In this document: one piece after another, positions 1 through 11,197 of the stretch
How the letters are laid out: each line of letters opens with the position of its first letter
Position numbering within the stretch: the stretch's first letter is position 1
Assembly: GCA_963813335.1 (NCBI GenBank)
Contig: CAWEYL010000001.1
Location: forward strand, 224,001 to 288,000
Length of the DNA: 64,000 nucleotides
Direction: 5' to 3'
DNA from: an uncultured Chloroflexia bacterium
Lineage (GTDB): Bacteria > Chloroflexota > Limnocylindria > Limnocylindrales > CSP1-4
Translations under genes and position numbers: made by a program
Notes under the pieces: model-generated
Databases searched by the model: none
The model's input: the letters and a program-made list of their open reading frames with translations, nothing else
What the model was told of the DNA's origin: nothing

Positions 1-73
1 CATCCGGCGTCGGAGCAGGTCGATCACGCCGCTCGGACGTCCGTTGGTTCGAGGCCGGGCCCGATCCACGGCG

Positions 74-796
74 CTAGGCCACTTCCTTCGTCGGATGGCC
101 ACCCACCTGATCCAGGGCCGAAGGCCCGCGCCCCGGCGGCGGAGGAGCCGCGCGGCGGCGAGCAGCCCCACGACCGCCAGGATCACCACGGCGCTGGCGG
201 CCAGCCATCCCGGTTCGATGCCGGACGACGTGGTCACGGGCGCCGGTGCGGCCACCGGCGTCGTCACCGGCGGTGCTGCGGTCGCCGCGGGAGCCGGAGC
301 TGCCGCCGTCGGGGCCGCGACCGCGCCGACGACCTTCGCGGCCGCCGGGTCCGAGGACGGTGGTCATCACCGGCCCGACCAGCAGCAGCATGATGTCGTC
401 GCGGACGCAGGCGCTGCCGGCCGTGCACATCTCGCCGACCAGGCCGATCTGGACGCCGTCGATGCCGCTTGCGGGCACCACGACCTCGGCGGCGTAATGG
501 CCCGAGCCGCTCGGCTTCTCGAATCCACGTGCCTCGGTCGCCTTGCCGGCGCCGGCGGGCAGGAGCCGGATGAAGACCGGCGAGCCCATGATCGGGTCGC
601 GGCGGACCGGGGAAGGCATGAACGCATCCCATTCGACGAGGAGCGTGCTGCCCGGGGTGGCGTCGCGCGGGATCGTCGTCGTGAGCTGCGCCTGGACGCC
701 TTCCTTGGCGGCGACCGGCGCCGCCGCGACCAGCAGCGCGGCGCCGACGACGAGGATCGTCCAGAGCGGGGCAAGGGCACGAGTGCGGGTGGACAT
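74..796 (-). CDS. Secreted/membrane-anchored hypothetical protein (probable frame break near 350)
   Basis: N-terminal signal peptide (LWTILVVGAALLVAAAPVAA). After ~350 an alternative frame gives an Ala/Pro/Thr linker, a TM helix (WLAASAVVILAVVGLLAAA) and a basic tail. True 3' end uncertain. Confidence 0.55.
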   Translation of the reverse strand: MSTRTRALAPLWTILVVGAALLVAAAPVAAKEGVQAQLTTTIPRDATPGSTLLVEWDAFMPSPVRRDPIMGSPVFIRLLPAGAGKATEARGFEKPSGSGHYAAEVVVPASGIDGVQIGLVGEMCTAGSACVRDDIMLLLVGPVMTTVLGPGGREGRRRGRGPDGGSSGSRGDRSTAGDDAGGRTGARDHVVRHRTGMAGRQRRGDPGGRGAARRRAAPPPPGRGPSALDQVGGHPTKEVA

Positions 797-889
797 CGGT
801 CGGACCTCGGCTAGGGCGGTGGCTGTCGATCCCCATACACCGCCGGCGCGCGTCCGGTTCCCGGGTCGTTGCGGTCGGTGGCCGCCGCC

Positions 890-1726
890 TCAGCCCAGCG
901 GCTCGTTGTCGATCAGGCGCGTCGAGCCGAAACGGACCGCCAGCGATGCCAGGGCCGGCCCGCCGACCGTTGCCAGCTCGGCCAGCGTGGCGGCGTCGGC
1001 GACCGAGACGTACTCGACCGCGGCGAGGGGCTCGGCGTCGAGCTCGCGGCGCATCGCGGCCCGCAAGGCGTCGCCCGATCGCTCGCCGGCCGCCCAGGCG
1101 TCGTGGGCGGCGCTGAGCGCCCGATACAGCACCGCTGCGGCGGTCCGCTGCGCCGGGTCGAGATGGACGTTCCGCGACGAGAGGGCCAGGCCGTCCGGCT
1201 CGCGGACCGTCGGGCAGGCGATCACGTCGGTCCGGCTGGCGAGGTCGAGGGCCATCCGGCGGATGACCATGACCTGCTGCGCGTCCTTCTGGCCGAAATA
1301 GGCGTGCTCCGCGCCGACGACCCCGAACAGGATCGCCACGACCGTGGCGACGCCGTCGAAATGGCCCGGCCTGGCGGCGCCTTCGAGCGGAACAGCCAGC
1401 GCCCCCACGCGGACGGTCGTGTCGAACCCCGGGACGAAGACCTCCTCGACGGGTGGCGCCCAGACGATGTCGACCCCCTCCGCCTCGCAGATGGCCACGT
1501 CGCGCGCCTCGTCACGCGGGTAGCGCTCGAAGTCCGACGCGACGTTGAACTGACGGGGGTTGACGAAGATGGTCACGACGGTCGTCGCGTCCGCGGCCCG
1601 TGCCCGCCGCATGAGGGCGCGGTGGCCGTCATGGAGCCAGCCCATGGTCGGGACGAGGCCGATCGGGCGGCCCGCGCCGGCCAGCGCGTCGCGGAGCTCT
1701 GCGCGTGTGCGCAGGACGACGGTCAC
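890..1726 (-). CDS. panC: Pantoate--beta-alanine ligase
   Basis: VPTMGWLHDGH, FVNPRQF, RPGHFDGVATVV, FGQKDAQQ, GLALSSRN, RLIDN motifs; GTG start at 1726. Confidence 0.96.
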   Translation of the reverse strand: MTVVLRTRAELRDALAGAGRPIGLVPTMGWLHDGHRALMRRARAADATTVVTIFVNPRQFNVASDFERYPRDEARDVAICEAEGVDIVWAPPVEEVFVPGFDTTVRVGALAVPLEGAARPGHFDGVATVVAILFGVVGAEHAYFGQKDAQQVMVIRRMALDLASRTDVIACPTVREPDGLALSSRNVHLDPAQRTAAAVLYRALSAAHDAWAAGERSGDALRAAMRRELDAEPLAAVEYVSVADAATLAELATVGGPALASLAVRFGSTRLIDNEPLG

Positions 1727-1757
1727 GCGGGCACCCGGGTGCGGCGGACCGAGCGGA

Positions 1758-2672
1758 TCAGAGGTCGCGGTCGAGCGGGATGCCGCCCACCGGGATCGAC
1801 GCGGCGGGGCGATCCGGGGCGCCACGGCCCAGGACGTCGTCGAGGACGGCGTCGTCCATGCGGACTGTCTCCGCCGGGCCGGGGAATGTTCCGCCGGCAA
1901 CTTCGGCGGCATACGAGCGTGCCGCCTCGAGGATCTCGCCGCGGATGTGCGCGTACGGCCGGGCGTGCTTGGGGACGAAGTCGCCGAGGCCGATCAGGTC
2001 GGTGATGACCTGGACCTGGCCGCTCGTCCCCGCCCCGGCCCCGATCCCGATCGTCGGGATGCGCAGCCGCTCCGTGATGGCCGCCGCGAGCTGCTCCGGG
2101 ACGAGCTCGATGACCACGGCGAACGCGCCGGCCTCCTGGACGGCCTGGGCGTCGCTCAGGAGGGCCCTGGCCTGGTCGCGGTCCTTGCCCTGGACGCGGA
2201 CCTTCCCGATCGCGTTGATGGCCTGCGGGGTCAGGCCGATGTGGCCCATCACCGGGATCCCCGCCCGCACCAGCGTCTCGATGATCCGTGCCGTCCGGAC
2301 GCCGCCCTCGACCTTGACCGCCTGGGCGCCCGCTTCGCGCAGGAAGACCCCGGCGTTCTCGAGGGCCTCGTCGGGGGTCGAATACGAGAGGAACGGCATG
2401 TCCGCGATGACCATCGCCCGCGCCGAGCCGCGGACCACCGCCTTGGTGTGGTGGACCATCTCGGCCATCGTCACGCGGACCGTGGTCTCGTAGCCGAGCA
2501 GCACCTGGCCGAGCGAATCGCCCACGAGCAGCAGCGGGATCCCGGCCTGGTCGAGGAGCTGCGCGGTCGGGAAGTCGTACGCGGTGAGCATCGGCAGCCG
2601 CACGCCGTCGGCGTACTGGCGGGCGATGTCGACGACGGTCAGGCGGCGGGGGGTGTCGGTCGTGAGGCTCAT
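1758..2672 (-). CDS. panB: 3-methyl-2-oxobutanoate hydroxymethyltransferase
   Basis: MLTAYD, LLVGDSLG, ADMPFLSY, VKVEGG, GHIGLTPQ, IGIGAG motifs. Confidence 0.97.
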   Translation of the reverse strand: MSLTTDTPRRLTVVDIARQYADGVRLPMLTAYDFPTAQLLDQAGIPLLLVGDSLGQVLLGYETTVRVTMAEMVHHTKAVVRGSARAMVIADMPFLSYSTPDEALENAGVFLREAGAQAVKVEGGVRTARIIETLVRAGIPVMGHIGLTPQAINAIGKVRVQGKDRDQARALLSDAQAVQEAGAFAVVIELVPEQLAAAITERLRIPTIGIGAGAGTSGQVQVITDLIGLGDFVPKHARPYAHIRGEILEAARSYAAEVAGGTFPGPAETVRMDDAVLDDVLGRGAPDRPAASIPVGGIPLDRDL

Positions 2673-4022
2673 GCTGGCTCCGAAGCGGGTTCCGGGGTGC
2701 TCGCAGTCTGCGCGGCGGCGTCGCGCTCGTCCAGCGCGGCGGCCACGAGATCCAGGATCCGGTCCGCGACCTCGCGCTTGGTCAGCTGCGGCAGGTCCGT
2801 CCGGCCGCCGTCGGCTGCGAGGATCGTCACCCGGTTCGTGTCCGTCCCGAAGCCGGAGCCGGGCTCGGCGACATCGTTGGCCACCAGCAGGTCGACGCCC
2901 TTGCGCCGGAGCTTGTCCGGGGCGCGCTCAAGCGAGCCGGTCTCGGCGGCGAAGCCGACGAGCACAGGACGGGGCCGCAGGTCGCGGGCCGTCGCGGCCA
3001 CGGCGGCGAGCAGGTCCGGCGTCGATTCGAGCCGGAGCGTCAGGCCGTCGCCGCGCGGCAGCTTGCCCTCGGCGGCCTCGACGGGCCGGAAGTCCGCGAC
3101 CGCGGCCGCCATGACCAGGGCATCAAAGCCGGCCGTGGTCCCGTCGTCGGTGGTGACGCGCCGCAGCGCGGCCTCGAGCTCGGCCGTTGACACGGCCCGG
3201 ACCACGGTCAGCTGGGGGTCGTCGGGGAGGGCCACCTCGATGCTGGCGGCCAGCAGCGTCACCCGCGCGCCCCGGTCGAGGGCTGCGCGCACGATCGCGA
3301 GCCCCATCCTCCCCGTCGAGCGGTTGCCGATGAAGCGGACCGGATCGATCGGCTCGCGGGTCCCGCCGGCAGTGACGACCAGGTGCCGGCCGTCGAGGTC
3401 GGCCTCGTGGCCGGCTGCCGTCAGCGGCGGGCGGGCAGCCGGGTCGGGGGCACGGACCGCCCGGTCGCCGACCGCGGCGACCACCGCGGCCACGAGGTCG
3501 GCGGTCTCGGCCAGGCGTCCCACGCCGGCCTGTCCGGAGGCCAGCGGCCCGCTGGCCGGCTCGACGATCCGGTAGCCGAAGTCGTCGCGCAGCCGGGCGA
3601 CGTTGCGGACGGTCGCCGGATGGGTCCACATGTCGCCGTCCATCGCCGGCCCGACCACGATCGGCGCCGACGTCGCCAGGCACGTGGCGGTCACCACGTC
3701 GGCGGCGAGCCCGTTGGCCATCGCGCCCAGCCAGTGCGCGGTCGCCGGCGCCACGATGATCGCGTCGGCCGTGTCCGCGACCACGATGTGGCCGATCCGG
3801 CCGTCCGGCAGCAGGTCCATGAGCTCGGTCTCGACCGGGTGGCGGGAGAGCGCCGCGAACGTGAGCGGCCCGACGAACCGGGTCGCGGCCGGGGAGAGCA
3901 TCACGACGACGTCGGCGCCCTCGGCGCGCAGCGCGCCGGAGCAGCTCGACGGCCTTGTAGGCCGCGATCGACCCCGTGACGCCGAGGCCGACCAGGCGAC
4001 CTTCGAGCCGGCCACCGCTCAT
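2669..4022 (-). CDS. coaBC: Bifunctional phosphopantothenoylcysteine decarboxylase/synthetase (frame break near 3935)
   Basis: N-terminus GVTGSIAAYKA in one frame; APATA, PAMD, TAGGTREPIDPVRFIGNRSTGRMG, AAVADF, VGFAAET in the next frame. Confidence 0.93.
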
Positions 4023-4832
4023 GACAGCCCGAGTTCCAGCCGCTCCCCGCCGACGACCTCTGCGTGCAGGATCGCGAGGCCCTTCAGGGTGAGCGCCGGG
4101 TCGATCGCGTCGATCCCCTCGAGCGCCTCGGCCCATGGCGCCGCGGACAGGCCGCCGGTCAGGATCGCCTTGACGTCGGCCGGCGCGACGTCGTTGGCCT
4201 CGGCCAGCTCGACGCGGATCCGCGCCAGCAGGCCGGTCGTGAGCGCCTGGTAGCCGAAGACCGTGCCCGCCTGCATGGCCGAGACGGTGTCGCGGCCGAT
4301 GGCGTGCGACGGCGCCCGCAGCTCGATCCGCGGCAGCTTGGCGGTCCGCGTCGCGAGCGCCTCGAGGCCGAGCTCGAGGCCGGGCGCGATCGCGCCGCCG
4401 ACGTAGGCGCCGTCGGCGGCGATGCAGTCGAAGGTGGTCGCGGTCCCGAAGTCGACCACCACGGCCGGCGTCCCGTAGAGGCGCTGCGCGGCCAGGGCGT
4501 TGACCAGCCGGTCGGCGCCCACCTCGTTCGGACGGTCGACCCGGACCGCCATCGGCATCGTGCCCGGGCGACGCGAGCAGCAGCGGCCGCTCGCGCCGGG
4601 CGGCGACCGCGATCGCGGCGGCGGTCAGGGCCGGCACGACGGATGCGGCCGCGATCGCCGAGACGTCGGCGAGCGAGGCGTCGTCGAGTCGCAGGAGGGC
4701 GTCGAGGGTCGCCTCGAACTCGTCGGCGGTCGCGTCGGGATGGGTCGCCGCGCGGCGCGTCGACACGAGGGCCCCGGCCCGGAACAGGCCGAGGGTGACG
4801 TTCGTGTTGCCGATGTCGAGGGCGAGCAGCAT
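4019..4832 (-). CDS. coaX: Type III pantothenate kinase (frame break near 4570)
   Basis: MLLALDIGNTN start; VGADRLVNA, VVDFGTATTFD, GGAIAPG, LTGG motifs. Confidence 0.93.
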
Positions 4833-4919
4833 GAGCGCGATGATACCCGTCGCCACGGCTCCGGCCGTGCGGTACCATCGACGCCACCTCGTCCAGTCCT
4901 TGTGCCCGGGAGACGACTC

Positions 4920-5363
4920 GTGACGACTCCGCCGGCCGCCAAGTTCTTCGTGAACCATGGCCTCGTGTCGAGCCGGACGGACATGCTCAACCTCCTGCGG
5001 CCGCTGCTCAAGCAGACCGTGACCTATCGCTACCTGCGCGGCCGCGAGGTCGTCGCCCACGGCACGGGCTGGGTCGAGCGGATCGTCACCGATGCCGACG
5101 ATGTCTCCACCTACTTCACGCCGCTGGCGATCACGCTGAACATCGATTCCTTCGAGCATCTCGAGTTCGAGACCCGGCCCGACCAGCTCCTCGTCTACAC
5201 CCTCGTCCAGGGCGACGAGCGGGTGGTCGTCGAGTTCGCGCCGGTCGGCCCGGGCACGGACGGGGACCCCTTGTCGCCGTTCGCCCCGACCCAGCTCGAG
5301 TTCGAGATGCGGGAGTACGTCCAGATGGAGCTGCTCGGCCTCGACGCCCACGAGGACGAGTAG
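4920..5363 (+). CDS. Hypothetical protein (147 aa, acidic C-terminus)
   Basis: GGAG ahead of GTG at 4920; typical high-GC3 codon usage; no family recognised. Confidence 0.7.
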   Translation: MTTPPAAKFFVNHGLVSSRTDMLNLLRPLLKQTVTYRYLRGREVVAHGTGWVERIVTDADDVSTYFTPLAITLNIDSFEHLEFETRPDQLLVYTLVQGDERVVVEFAPVGPGTDGDPLSPFAPTQLEFEMREYVQMELLGLDAHEDE

Positions 5364-5502
5364 CCGATCCGGGGGCCGGCACCGAGGCCGGCCGGGGGGA
5401 GGCACCGCGACCGACGGAGGGTCGGCCGCGCGACGGGCGGTGGTGGCGCGGCCCGAGCCCGCGTTGGGTCTCGGCGCGTCCCGTGGAGAGGGAGTCGAGC
5501 GC

Positions 5503-6843
5503 GTGGACGCGATCGCGTCGTTTTTCAAGCTCAGTGACCGCGGCACCAACCTGGGCACGGAAGCCAAGGCCGGCCTGACCACCTTCATGGTCATGGCCTA
5601 CATCATCTTCGTGAACCCGGCGATCCTGACCGGCGGGTTCAAGGATGCGGACCCGGCCTTCACCTTCCCGGCCATCGCCGCTGCGACCGCGCTGGTCGCC
5701 GGGCTCGTGACCATCGCCATGGGCGTCTTCGCGAACTACCCGTTCGCGCTGGCCGCCGGCCTCGGCATCAACGGCATCGTGGCCTTCACGCTGACGGCCA
5801 AGGGGCTCTCCCCGGCGGGGGCGATGGGCGTGATCGTCATCGAGGGCGTCCTCGTCACCATCCTCGTCCTGGCCGGCCTCCGCGAGGCGATCATGAACGC
5901 GGTCCCGCTCGCGCTCAAGCGGGCGATCGGCGTCGGCATCGGCCTCTTCATCCTGTTCATCGGCTTCGCCAACGGCGGGTTCATCAAGGCCGGCAGCGGC
6001 ACGCTGGTCACGATCCAGTTCCCGACGACGACCGACCAGTTCGTGTTCATCGCGGGCCTGGCCATCACGATCGTGCTCTACGCGCGGAAGGTGCCCGCCG
6101 CGCTGCTCGTGAGCATCCTGCTGACGACGCTCCTCGCCCTGCTCGTCGGCTCGGCCAAGCTGCCCGAGACGTTCACCGCGACCCCGGACTTCTCGACCCT
6201 CGGGAGGTTCGACCTCGGGCAGGTGTGGACCCTCGGGCCGTTGATCGCGATCCTGACCATCTTCGCGATCATGCTCACCGACTTCTTCGACACCATGGGC
6301 ACGGTGACCGGTGTCGCCGCCGAAGCCGGCCTGGCCAACGAGGACGGCTCGGTCCCGGGCGTCAACAGGATCCTGCTGGTCGACTCGGTGGCCGCGGCGG
6401 CCGGCGGACTGGCCGGGACCTCGTCCAACACCACCTACATCGAGAGCGCGGCCGGCGTCGCCGAGGGTGGCCGGACCGGGCTGACCGCGGTCGTGACCGG
6501 CGTCCTGTTCCTCCTCGCGGTCTTCCTGACACCGATCGCCGGCATCGTGCCGGGTGTCGCCACGGCCCCGGTCCTGGTGCTCGTCGGCTACCTCATGTTC
6601 ACGCTGGTCAAGGACATCCCGGTGGGGGATTTCGAGGAGGGCCTGCCGGCCCTGCTCACGATGATCCTGATGCCGCTGACCTACGACATCACCGTGGGCA
6701 TCGGCGCCGGCTTCATCTCGTGGGTGCTGATCAAGGTCGTCAAGGGCAAGGTCTCCGAGGTCCATCCGCTGATGTGGCTGGTCTCGCTGTCCTTCGTGAT
6801 CTTCTTCCTCCAGGAGTGGCTCCCGACGGTCCTGCCCAAGTAG
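5503..6843 (+). CDS. NCS2/AzgA-family nucleobase (purine) permease
   Basis: AGLTTFMVMAYIIFVNP, DFFDTMGT, TTYIESAAGVAEGGRTGL motifs; many TM helices; GGAGAGGGAG RBS. Confidence 0.93.
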   Translation: MDAIASFFKLSDRGTNLGTEAKAGLTTFMVMAYIIFVNPAILTGGFKDADPAFTFPAIAAATALVAGLVTIAMGVFANYPFALAAGLGINGIVAFTLTAKGLSPAGAMGVIVIEGVLVTILVLAGLREAIMNAVPLALKRAIGVGIGLFILFIGFANGGFIKAGSGTLVTIQFPTTTDQFVFIAGLAITIVLYARKVPAALLVSILLTTLLALLVGSAKLPETFTATPDFSTLGRFDLGQVWTLGPLIAILTIFAIMLTDFFDTMGTVTGVAAEAGLANEDGSVPGVNRILLVDSVAAAAGGLAGTSSNTTYIESAAGVAEGGRTGLTAVVTGVLFLLAVFLTPIAGIVPGVATAPVLVLVGYLMFTLVKDIPVGDFEEGLPALLTMILMPLTYDITVGIGAGFISWVLIKVVKGKVSEVHPLMWLVSLSFVIFFLQEWLPTVLPK

Positions 6844-6918
6844 CGCCCTCACCCGGCGATCGAGCGGCGCCCCGGCCAGCGGCCGGGGCGCCGCACTCGT
6901 TCCTGTACCATCGAGCCG

Positions 6919-8187
6919 ATGTTCGAACGGACCGCGCTGCCGTCTGGCCCGCGCGTCATCAGCGCCCGGGTGCCCGGCGCGCGCTCTGTCTCGATCGCCG
7001 CGTACGTCCTCGCGGGATCCCGCCTCGAATCCGATGCCCAGACCGGCGTCGCCCATTTCATGGAGCACATCACCTTCAAGGGCACCCGCGCGTACCCGAC
7101 GACACGCGCCATCAGCGAGGCGATCGAGGGGGTCGGCGGCTCGTTCAACGCCGCGACCGACCGCGAGTCGACGGTGTACTGGGTGCGCGTCCCGCGGCGC
7201 GAGGCGGCTCGCGCGGTCGACGTCCTGGGCGAGCTCATCGTCCGCCCCACCCTCGCCGACGGCGAGATCGAGAGCGAGCGCGGGATCATCGTCGAGGAGA
7301 TCCGCTCGTACCTCGACGACCCCTCGGAGTACTGCCAGATCCTGTTCCAGACGGCGATGTTCGGCGACGGGCCGCTGGGCCGCGAGATCTGCGGCGACGA
7401 GGACCGCATCCGCGCGCTGCCGGCCGGCATCATTCGCGACTTCTGGCGGACGATGTACCGCCCCGGCAACACGGTCGTCGCCTTGGCCGGCGACCTCGCC
7501 CACGACGAGGCGCTGGCGCTGACCGCGAGCGCGTTCGGGACGGGGAACGGCGTCGTGCCCGGGTTCGCGCCCGCACCCGAGCTGCCCGCCGGCCCGCGTG
7601 TCGCGCTCGGCAAGCGCGACACCGCCCAGGCCCAGCTCTGCATCGGCGTCCCGGCGCTGCATCGCGACCACCCCGACAGCTGGACGCTGTCGGTCCTCAA
7701 TACCGTGCTCGGCGACGGGATGAGCAGCCGGCTCTTCCTCTCGGTCCGCGAGGAGCGCGGGCTGGCTTACGACGTCTCGTCCGGGGTCGTCGACTATGCC
7801 GATGCGGGGGCGCTCGAGATCTCGGCCGGCGTGGACCCGGCCGGTCTCGGCGAGGCGCTCGGGGCGATCCTCGCGGAGCTCGCCCGGTTGCGCGACGAGC
7901 TGGTCCCGGAGGACGAGCTGGCCAAGGCGAAGCGGTATCTCTCCGGCGGCCTGGAGCTGCGCATGGACGACACCCGCCACGTCGCCTCGTGGGTCGGCGG
8001 GCAGGAGGCGCTGCACGATCGCGTCCTCACGCTGGAGGAGGCCCTCCAGGCGGTCGACGCGGTGGACGCCGCCTCGGTCCAGCGCGTGGCCGCCGGCCTG
8101 GTGCGCGACGACGGCCTGCGGCTCGCCGCCGTCGCCCCGGCCCGCTACCTGCGCGGCCTCGATGCGCGCCTGCGGGTGCCCGGATGA
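6919..8187 (+). CDS. M16 (pitrilysin-like) zinc peptidase
   Basis: Inverted zincin motif HFMEH followed by FKGT; FNAAT; GMSSRLF..VREERGLAY. Confidence 0.93.
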   Translation: MFERTALPSGPRVISARVPGARSVSIAAYVLAGSRLESDAQTGVAHFMEHITFKGTRAYPTTRAISEAIEGVGGSFNAATDRESTVYWVRVPRREAARAVDVLGELIVRPTLADGEIESERGIIVEEIRSYLDDPSEYCQILFQTAMFGDGPLGREICGDEDRIRALPAGIIRDFWRTMYRPGNTVVALAGDLAHDEALALTASAFGTGNGVVPGFAPAPELPAGPRVALGKRDTAQAQLCIGVPALHRDHPDSWTLSVLNTVLGDGMSSRLFLSVREERGLAYDVSSGVVDYADAGALEISAGVDPAGLGEALGAILAELARLRDELVPEDELAKAKRYLSGGLELRMDDTRHVASWVGGQEALHDRVLTLEEALQAVDAVDAASVQRVAAGLVRDDGLRLAAVAPARYLRGLDARLRVPG

Positions 8188-9083
8188 TCGAGCCCGACCT
8201 GACGGCCGACGCGTCGCTGCCGCCTGTCGACGCTCCCTCTCGTGGTGCCGATCTCGTGCTGGCCGGCCTCCACCTGCGGATGGGCTCGCTGTCGCTCGCC
8301 CGGGCGGAACTCGAGTCCATGGCCGGTGCCGGGGCGCTCGACGTGCCCGGTGCCGTCGACCTCGCCGAGGTGCGCTGGCGGACCGGCGACCTGGTGGGTG
8401 CGGGGGAGATCGCCGGCGAGGTCCTGGCCGGGGGCCATGAGGCCGTGGTCGTGCTGGTCATCGCCGCGGAGGCGGCCGCCGGGCTGGGACGCCCGAGCGA
8501 GGCGCGCCGGATCGCGGGCCGGGCACTGACGCTCGCCGACGGCCCGATCGACCCGGTCTTTGCCGGCATGCCCCGGTCGGCGGTGTGGCCCGCCGACCCG
8601 GCCGAGCCCGTACCGTCGACGGCCACGCTGTTCCCGCCGGACCGCGCGGCCCATCCGGGCGACGACGACGCGCCGGCACCGGACACGACGACGGCCGACG
8701 ACGACGGGCCGCACGTCCACCCCGGTCCGCTCCCCGACGACCCCGGCCTGTGGGACCAGACCGAACCCGACCTCGCGCCGGCCCGGCCGACGTGGCCGGC
8801 GCCCCCGCCGACCGACGCCGGCGAGCTGCTCGGCGCCGGCCAGCGCGCGATCGCGGCCGGGGACCTCGCGACCGCGGCGGTCGCACTGGGCCTGGTGGTA
8901 CGGCTCTCGCCGTCGCTGGCGCCGGCGGTCCTCGACGTCATCGGCGACACCGGCGATCCCGGCCTCCAGCTGGTCCGCGGCGACGCGTTCCGGGCGGTCG
9001 GGCACGAGATCGGGGCGATGCAGTCGTACGGCGCGGCCATGGCCGCCAGCCGGGCCCCGCAGGAGCCACCCGGCGGGCAGTGA
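8184..9083 (+). CDS. Hypothetical protein, TPR-like helical segments separated by a Pro/Asp-rich linker
   Basis: ATG overlaps the peptidase stop (ATGA); helical repeats such as [16 protein letters not shown] and [13 protein letters not shown]. Confidence 0.65.
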   Translation: MIEPDLTADASLPPVDAPSRGADLVLAGLHLRMGSLSLARAELESMAGAGALDVPGAVDLAEVRWRTGDLVGAGEIAGEVLAGGHEAVVVLVIAAEAAAGLGRPSEARRIAGRALTLADGPIDPVFAGMPRSAVWPADPAEPVPSTATLFPPDRAAHPGDDDAPAPDTTTADDDGPHVHPGPLPDDPGLWDQTEPDLAPARPTWPAPPPTDAGELLGAGQRAIAAGDLATAAVALGLVVRLSPSLAPAVLDVIGDTGDPGLQLVRGDAFRAVGHEIGAMQSYGAAMAASRAPQEPPGGQ

Positions 9084-9172
9084 CCCCGTGCGCTCGACCC
9101 GCGTCCGGTCGACCCGCGTCCCAGCCGATACGATATCGGGCGTCCAGCACGGAATCCGTATCCAAGGGAACC

Positions 9173-9640
9173 ATGTCAGCCTCTGAACGGACCCTCGTCC
9201 TCATCAAGCCCGACGGCGTCCAGCGCCAGCTGGTCGGGCGGATCATCGACCGCTATGAAGAGCGGGGCCTCAAGCTCGTCGGCCTCAAGCTCGTCCAGGT
9301 CGACCGCGCCCTCGCGGAGCGCCACTACGCGGCCCACCGCGAGAAGCCGTTCTTCGGCGGGCTCGTGGACTTCATCGTCTCGGCACCGCTGGTGGCGGCC
9401 GCGCTGGAGGGCCCGAACGCGATCGCGGTGGTCCGCGCGATCAACGGCGCGACCCGCCCGCACGAGGCGGCGCCGGGCACGATCCGCGGCGACTACGCGC
9501 TCGAGACCGCGCAGAACATCGTCCACGCTTCGGACGGGCCCGAGGCCTCGGTTGCCGAGCTGGCCCTCTGGTTCAGGCCGGAGGAGCTGTTCGACTACGA
9601 GCGCGACGTCGACCGCTGGGTGCTCGCCCCGGGCGAGTAG
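9173..9640 (+). CDS. ndk: Nucleoside-diphosphate kinase
   Basis: [28 protein letters not shown] (catalytic His). Confidence 0.97.
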   Translation: MSASERTLVLIKPDGVQRQLVGRIIDRYEERGLKLVGLKLVQVDRALAERHYAAHREKPFFGGLVDFIVSAPLVAAALEGPNAIAVVRAINGATRPHEAAPGTIRGDYALETAQNIVHASDGPEASVAELALWFRPEELFDYERDVDRWVLAPGE

Positions 9641-9646
9641 GCGCGG

Positions 9647-11197
9647 TCAGTCGGTCGCGATCGGCTGGAACGAATCGCCGGGGGACGCTTCGCCCGGCAC
9701 CGGCGACGGGATCTCGAACGACGCGCCCGGCTCCGGCGCCGGCTCGAACGACTCGGTCGGTCCCTCCGCGCCCGGCGCGAACCCGGCGGCCGCGGCGGGT
9801 CCGCCCAGGCCGCCCGCCGCCACCACCAGCGAGAGCACCGCGAGGCCGACGGTCAGCAGCGAGGCGAGCGCGGCCCGGTTCGTCGCCCAGAACGTCGCCG
9901 CCGACGTGCGCGCATCGGTCAGGTCGAGCGGTGTCCGGCGCGGCAGGCCGCCGCGCCCGACCGGCGCCGGGACCTCCGCGGGCGGCCGCCGGACGCCGAT
10001 GACCAGCAGCCGCGCCTCATAGGCGAGCGGCGCGAACGTCCCGAGCAGCACCAGTGCGCCGAGCGGCGCGCCGACCGCGAGGTTCACCAGCGAGGCACGC
10101 GCGTCGAACGCGGCCATGCCCGGGAGGCCGATCCCGGCCAGCACGATCAGGCCGAAGGCGATCGCGAGGACAGGGGAGCGGACCGCCCAGCCGCGGAGAT
10201 CCGGGATGCGACCCGTCCCGTACGTGGTTCGCAGCGAGGCCGCCCACGCCGCGAACGCGCTCCGCGTGACGATGTAGGCGAGGATCCAGATCCGGGCCGG
10301 CGCCCACGCATCGGGGTCGAGCGCGGCGATGGCCAGCAGCACGACCCCGGCGTCGCCGATGATGGAGTAGCCGACCACGTGCTCGAGGTCGTCCTGGAGC
10401 CACGCGGCGAGGGCCGCCAGGACGATCGTGGCGACGGCCACGCCGAGCACGATCGCGCGCTCCGCGTCCATCTCGACGAGCAGCGGCGCCACGGAGGCGT
10501 CGGTCCAGGCCAGAGCCACGACGGCGAAGGCCGCGGGACCCCACGCCGTGACGACCGGCAGCGCGGCCTCCGGGATCGTGTCGGTCAGCCGAGCGGCCCA
10601 GACATGGAACGGGATCGCGCCGAACCGGATGGCCACGGCCAGCGCGAACGCGAGGTAGGCCAGCCCGAACACGACCGGCTGCGCGACAAGCTGGCTGAGG
10701 TCGCGGCCGATCCATGCCGCCGCCGCGATCGCCATCGCGCCGGCCACCGTGAGGGCGCGCAGCTCGAGCGTGCCGATGGTCGCGGCCGCCCGGTCGCCGC
10801 CCGGGACGACCGTCAGGAGCACGGCCAGGAGGCCGCCGGCGGTGATGGCCAGGACGGCGATGCGAGGGTCCGCGAGCGACATCGCCAGCGCCGCCGCTCC
10901 GAGCGTGCCGAGCGTCACGGCCGGGGCGTCGCGGCGCGACCCGGTCGCGAACCCGATGACCGCCAGCGCCAGCCCGATGCTCGAGCCCAGGACCAGGAAG
11001 AGGCGGAGGTACGCCGAGGTCGCGACGACCGTGCCGCCGATGGTCATGTGCTCGGTCGGGTCGATGGCCAGGGCGGCGACGACCGCGACGGCCAGCCCGC
11101 CCAGCCCCACGACGGCCGACCCGATCGGGCGGCGACTGACGAGGAGCGCGAGCCCGGTCGCTCCGAAGGTGACCGCGAGGAAGATGGCGAGCGTCAC
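9647..11197 (-). CDS. Divergent proton-conducting antiporter-like membrane subunit (NuoN/MrpD/HyfB-F family)
   Basis: More than 12 TM helices; GAIPFHVW, QDDLEHVVGYS, GIGLPG resemble Proton_antipo_M motifs; GTGA coupling to the upstream gene. Confidence 0.75.
   Translation of the reverse strand: MTLAIFLAVTFGATGLALLVSRRPIGSAVVGLGGLAVAVVAALAIDPTEHMTIGGTVVATSAYLRLFLVLGSSIGLALAVIGFATGSRRDAPAVTLGTLGAAALAMSLADPRIAVLAITAGGLLAVLLTVVPGGDRAAATIGTLELRALTVAGAMAIAAAAWIGRDLSQLVAQPVVFGLAYLAFALAVAIRFGAIPFHVWAARLTDTIPEAALPVVTAWGPAAFAVVALAWTDASVAPLLVEMDAERAIVLGVAVATIVLAALAAWLQDDLEHVVGYSIIGDAGVVLLAIAALDPDAWAPARIWILAYIVTRSAFAAWAASLRTTYGTGRIPDLRGWAVRSPVLAIAFGLIVLAGIGLPGMAAFDARASLVNLAVGAPLGALVLLGTFAPLAYEARLLVIGVRRPPAEVPAPVGRGGLPRRTPLDLTDARTSAATFWATNRAALASLLTVGLAVLSLVVAAGGLGGPAAAAGFAPGAEGPTESFEPAPEPGASFEIPSPVPGEASPGDSFQPIATD

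Noticed and set aside
5364-5502. Purine-sensing riboswitch ahead of the NCS2 permease
   Set aside because: Only generic GC hairpins; no purine riboswitch core motifs recognised.
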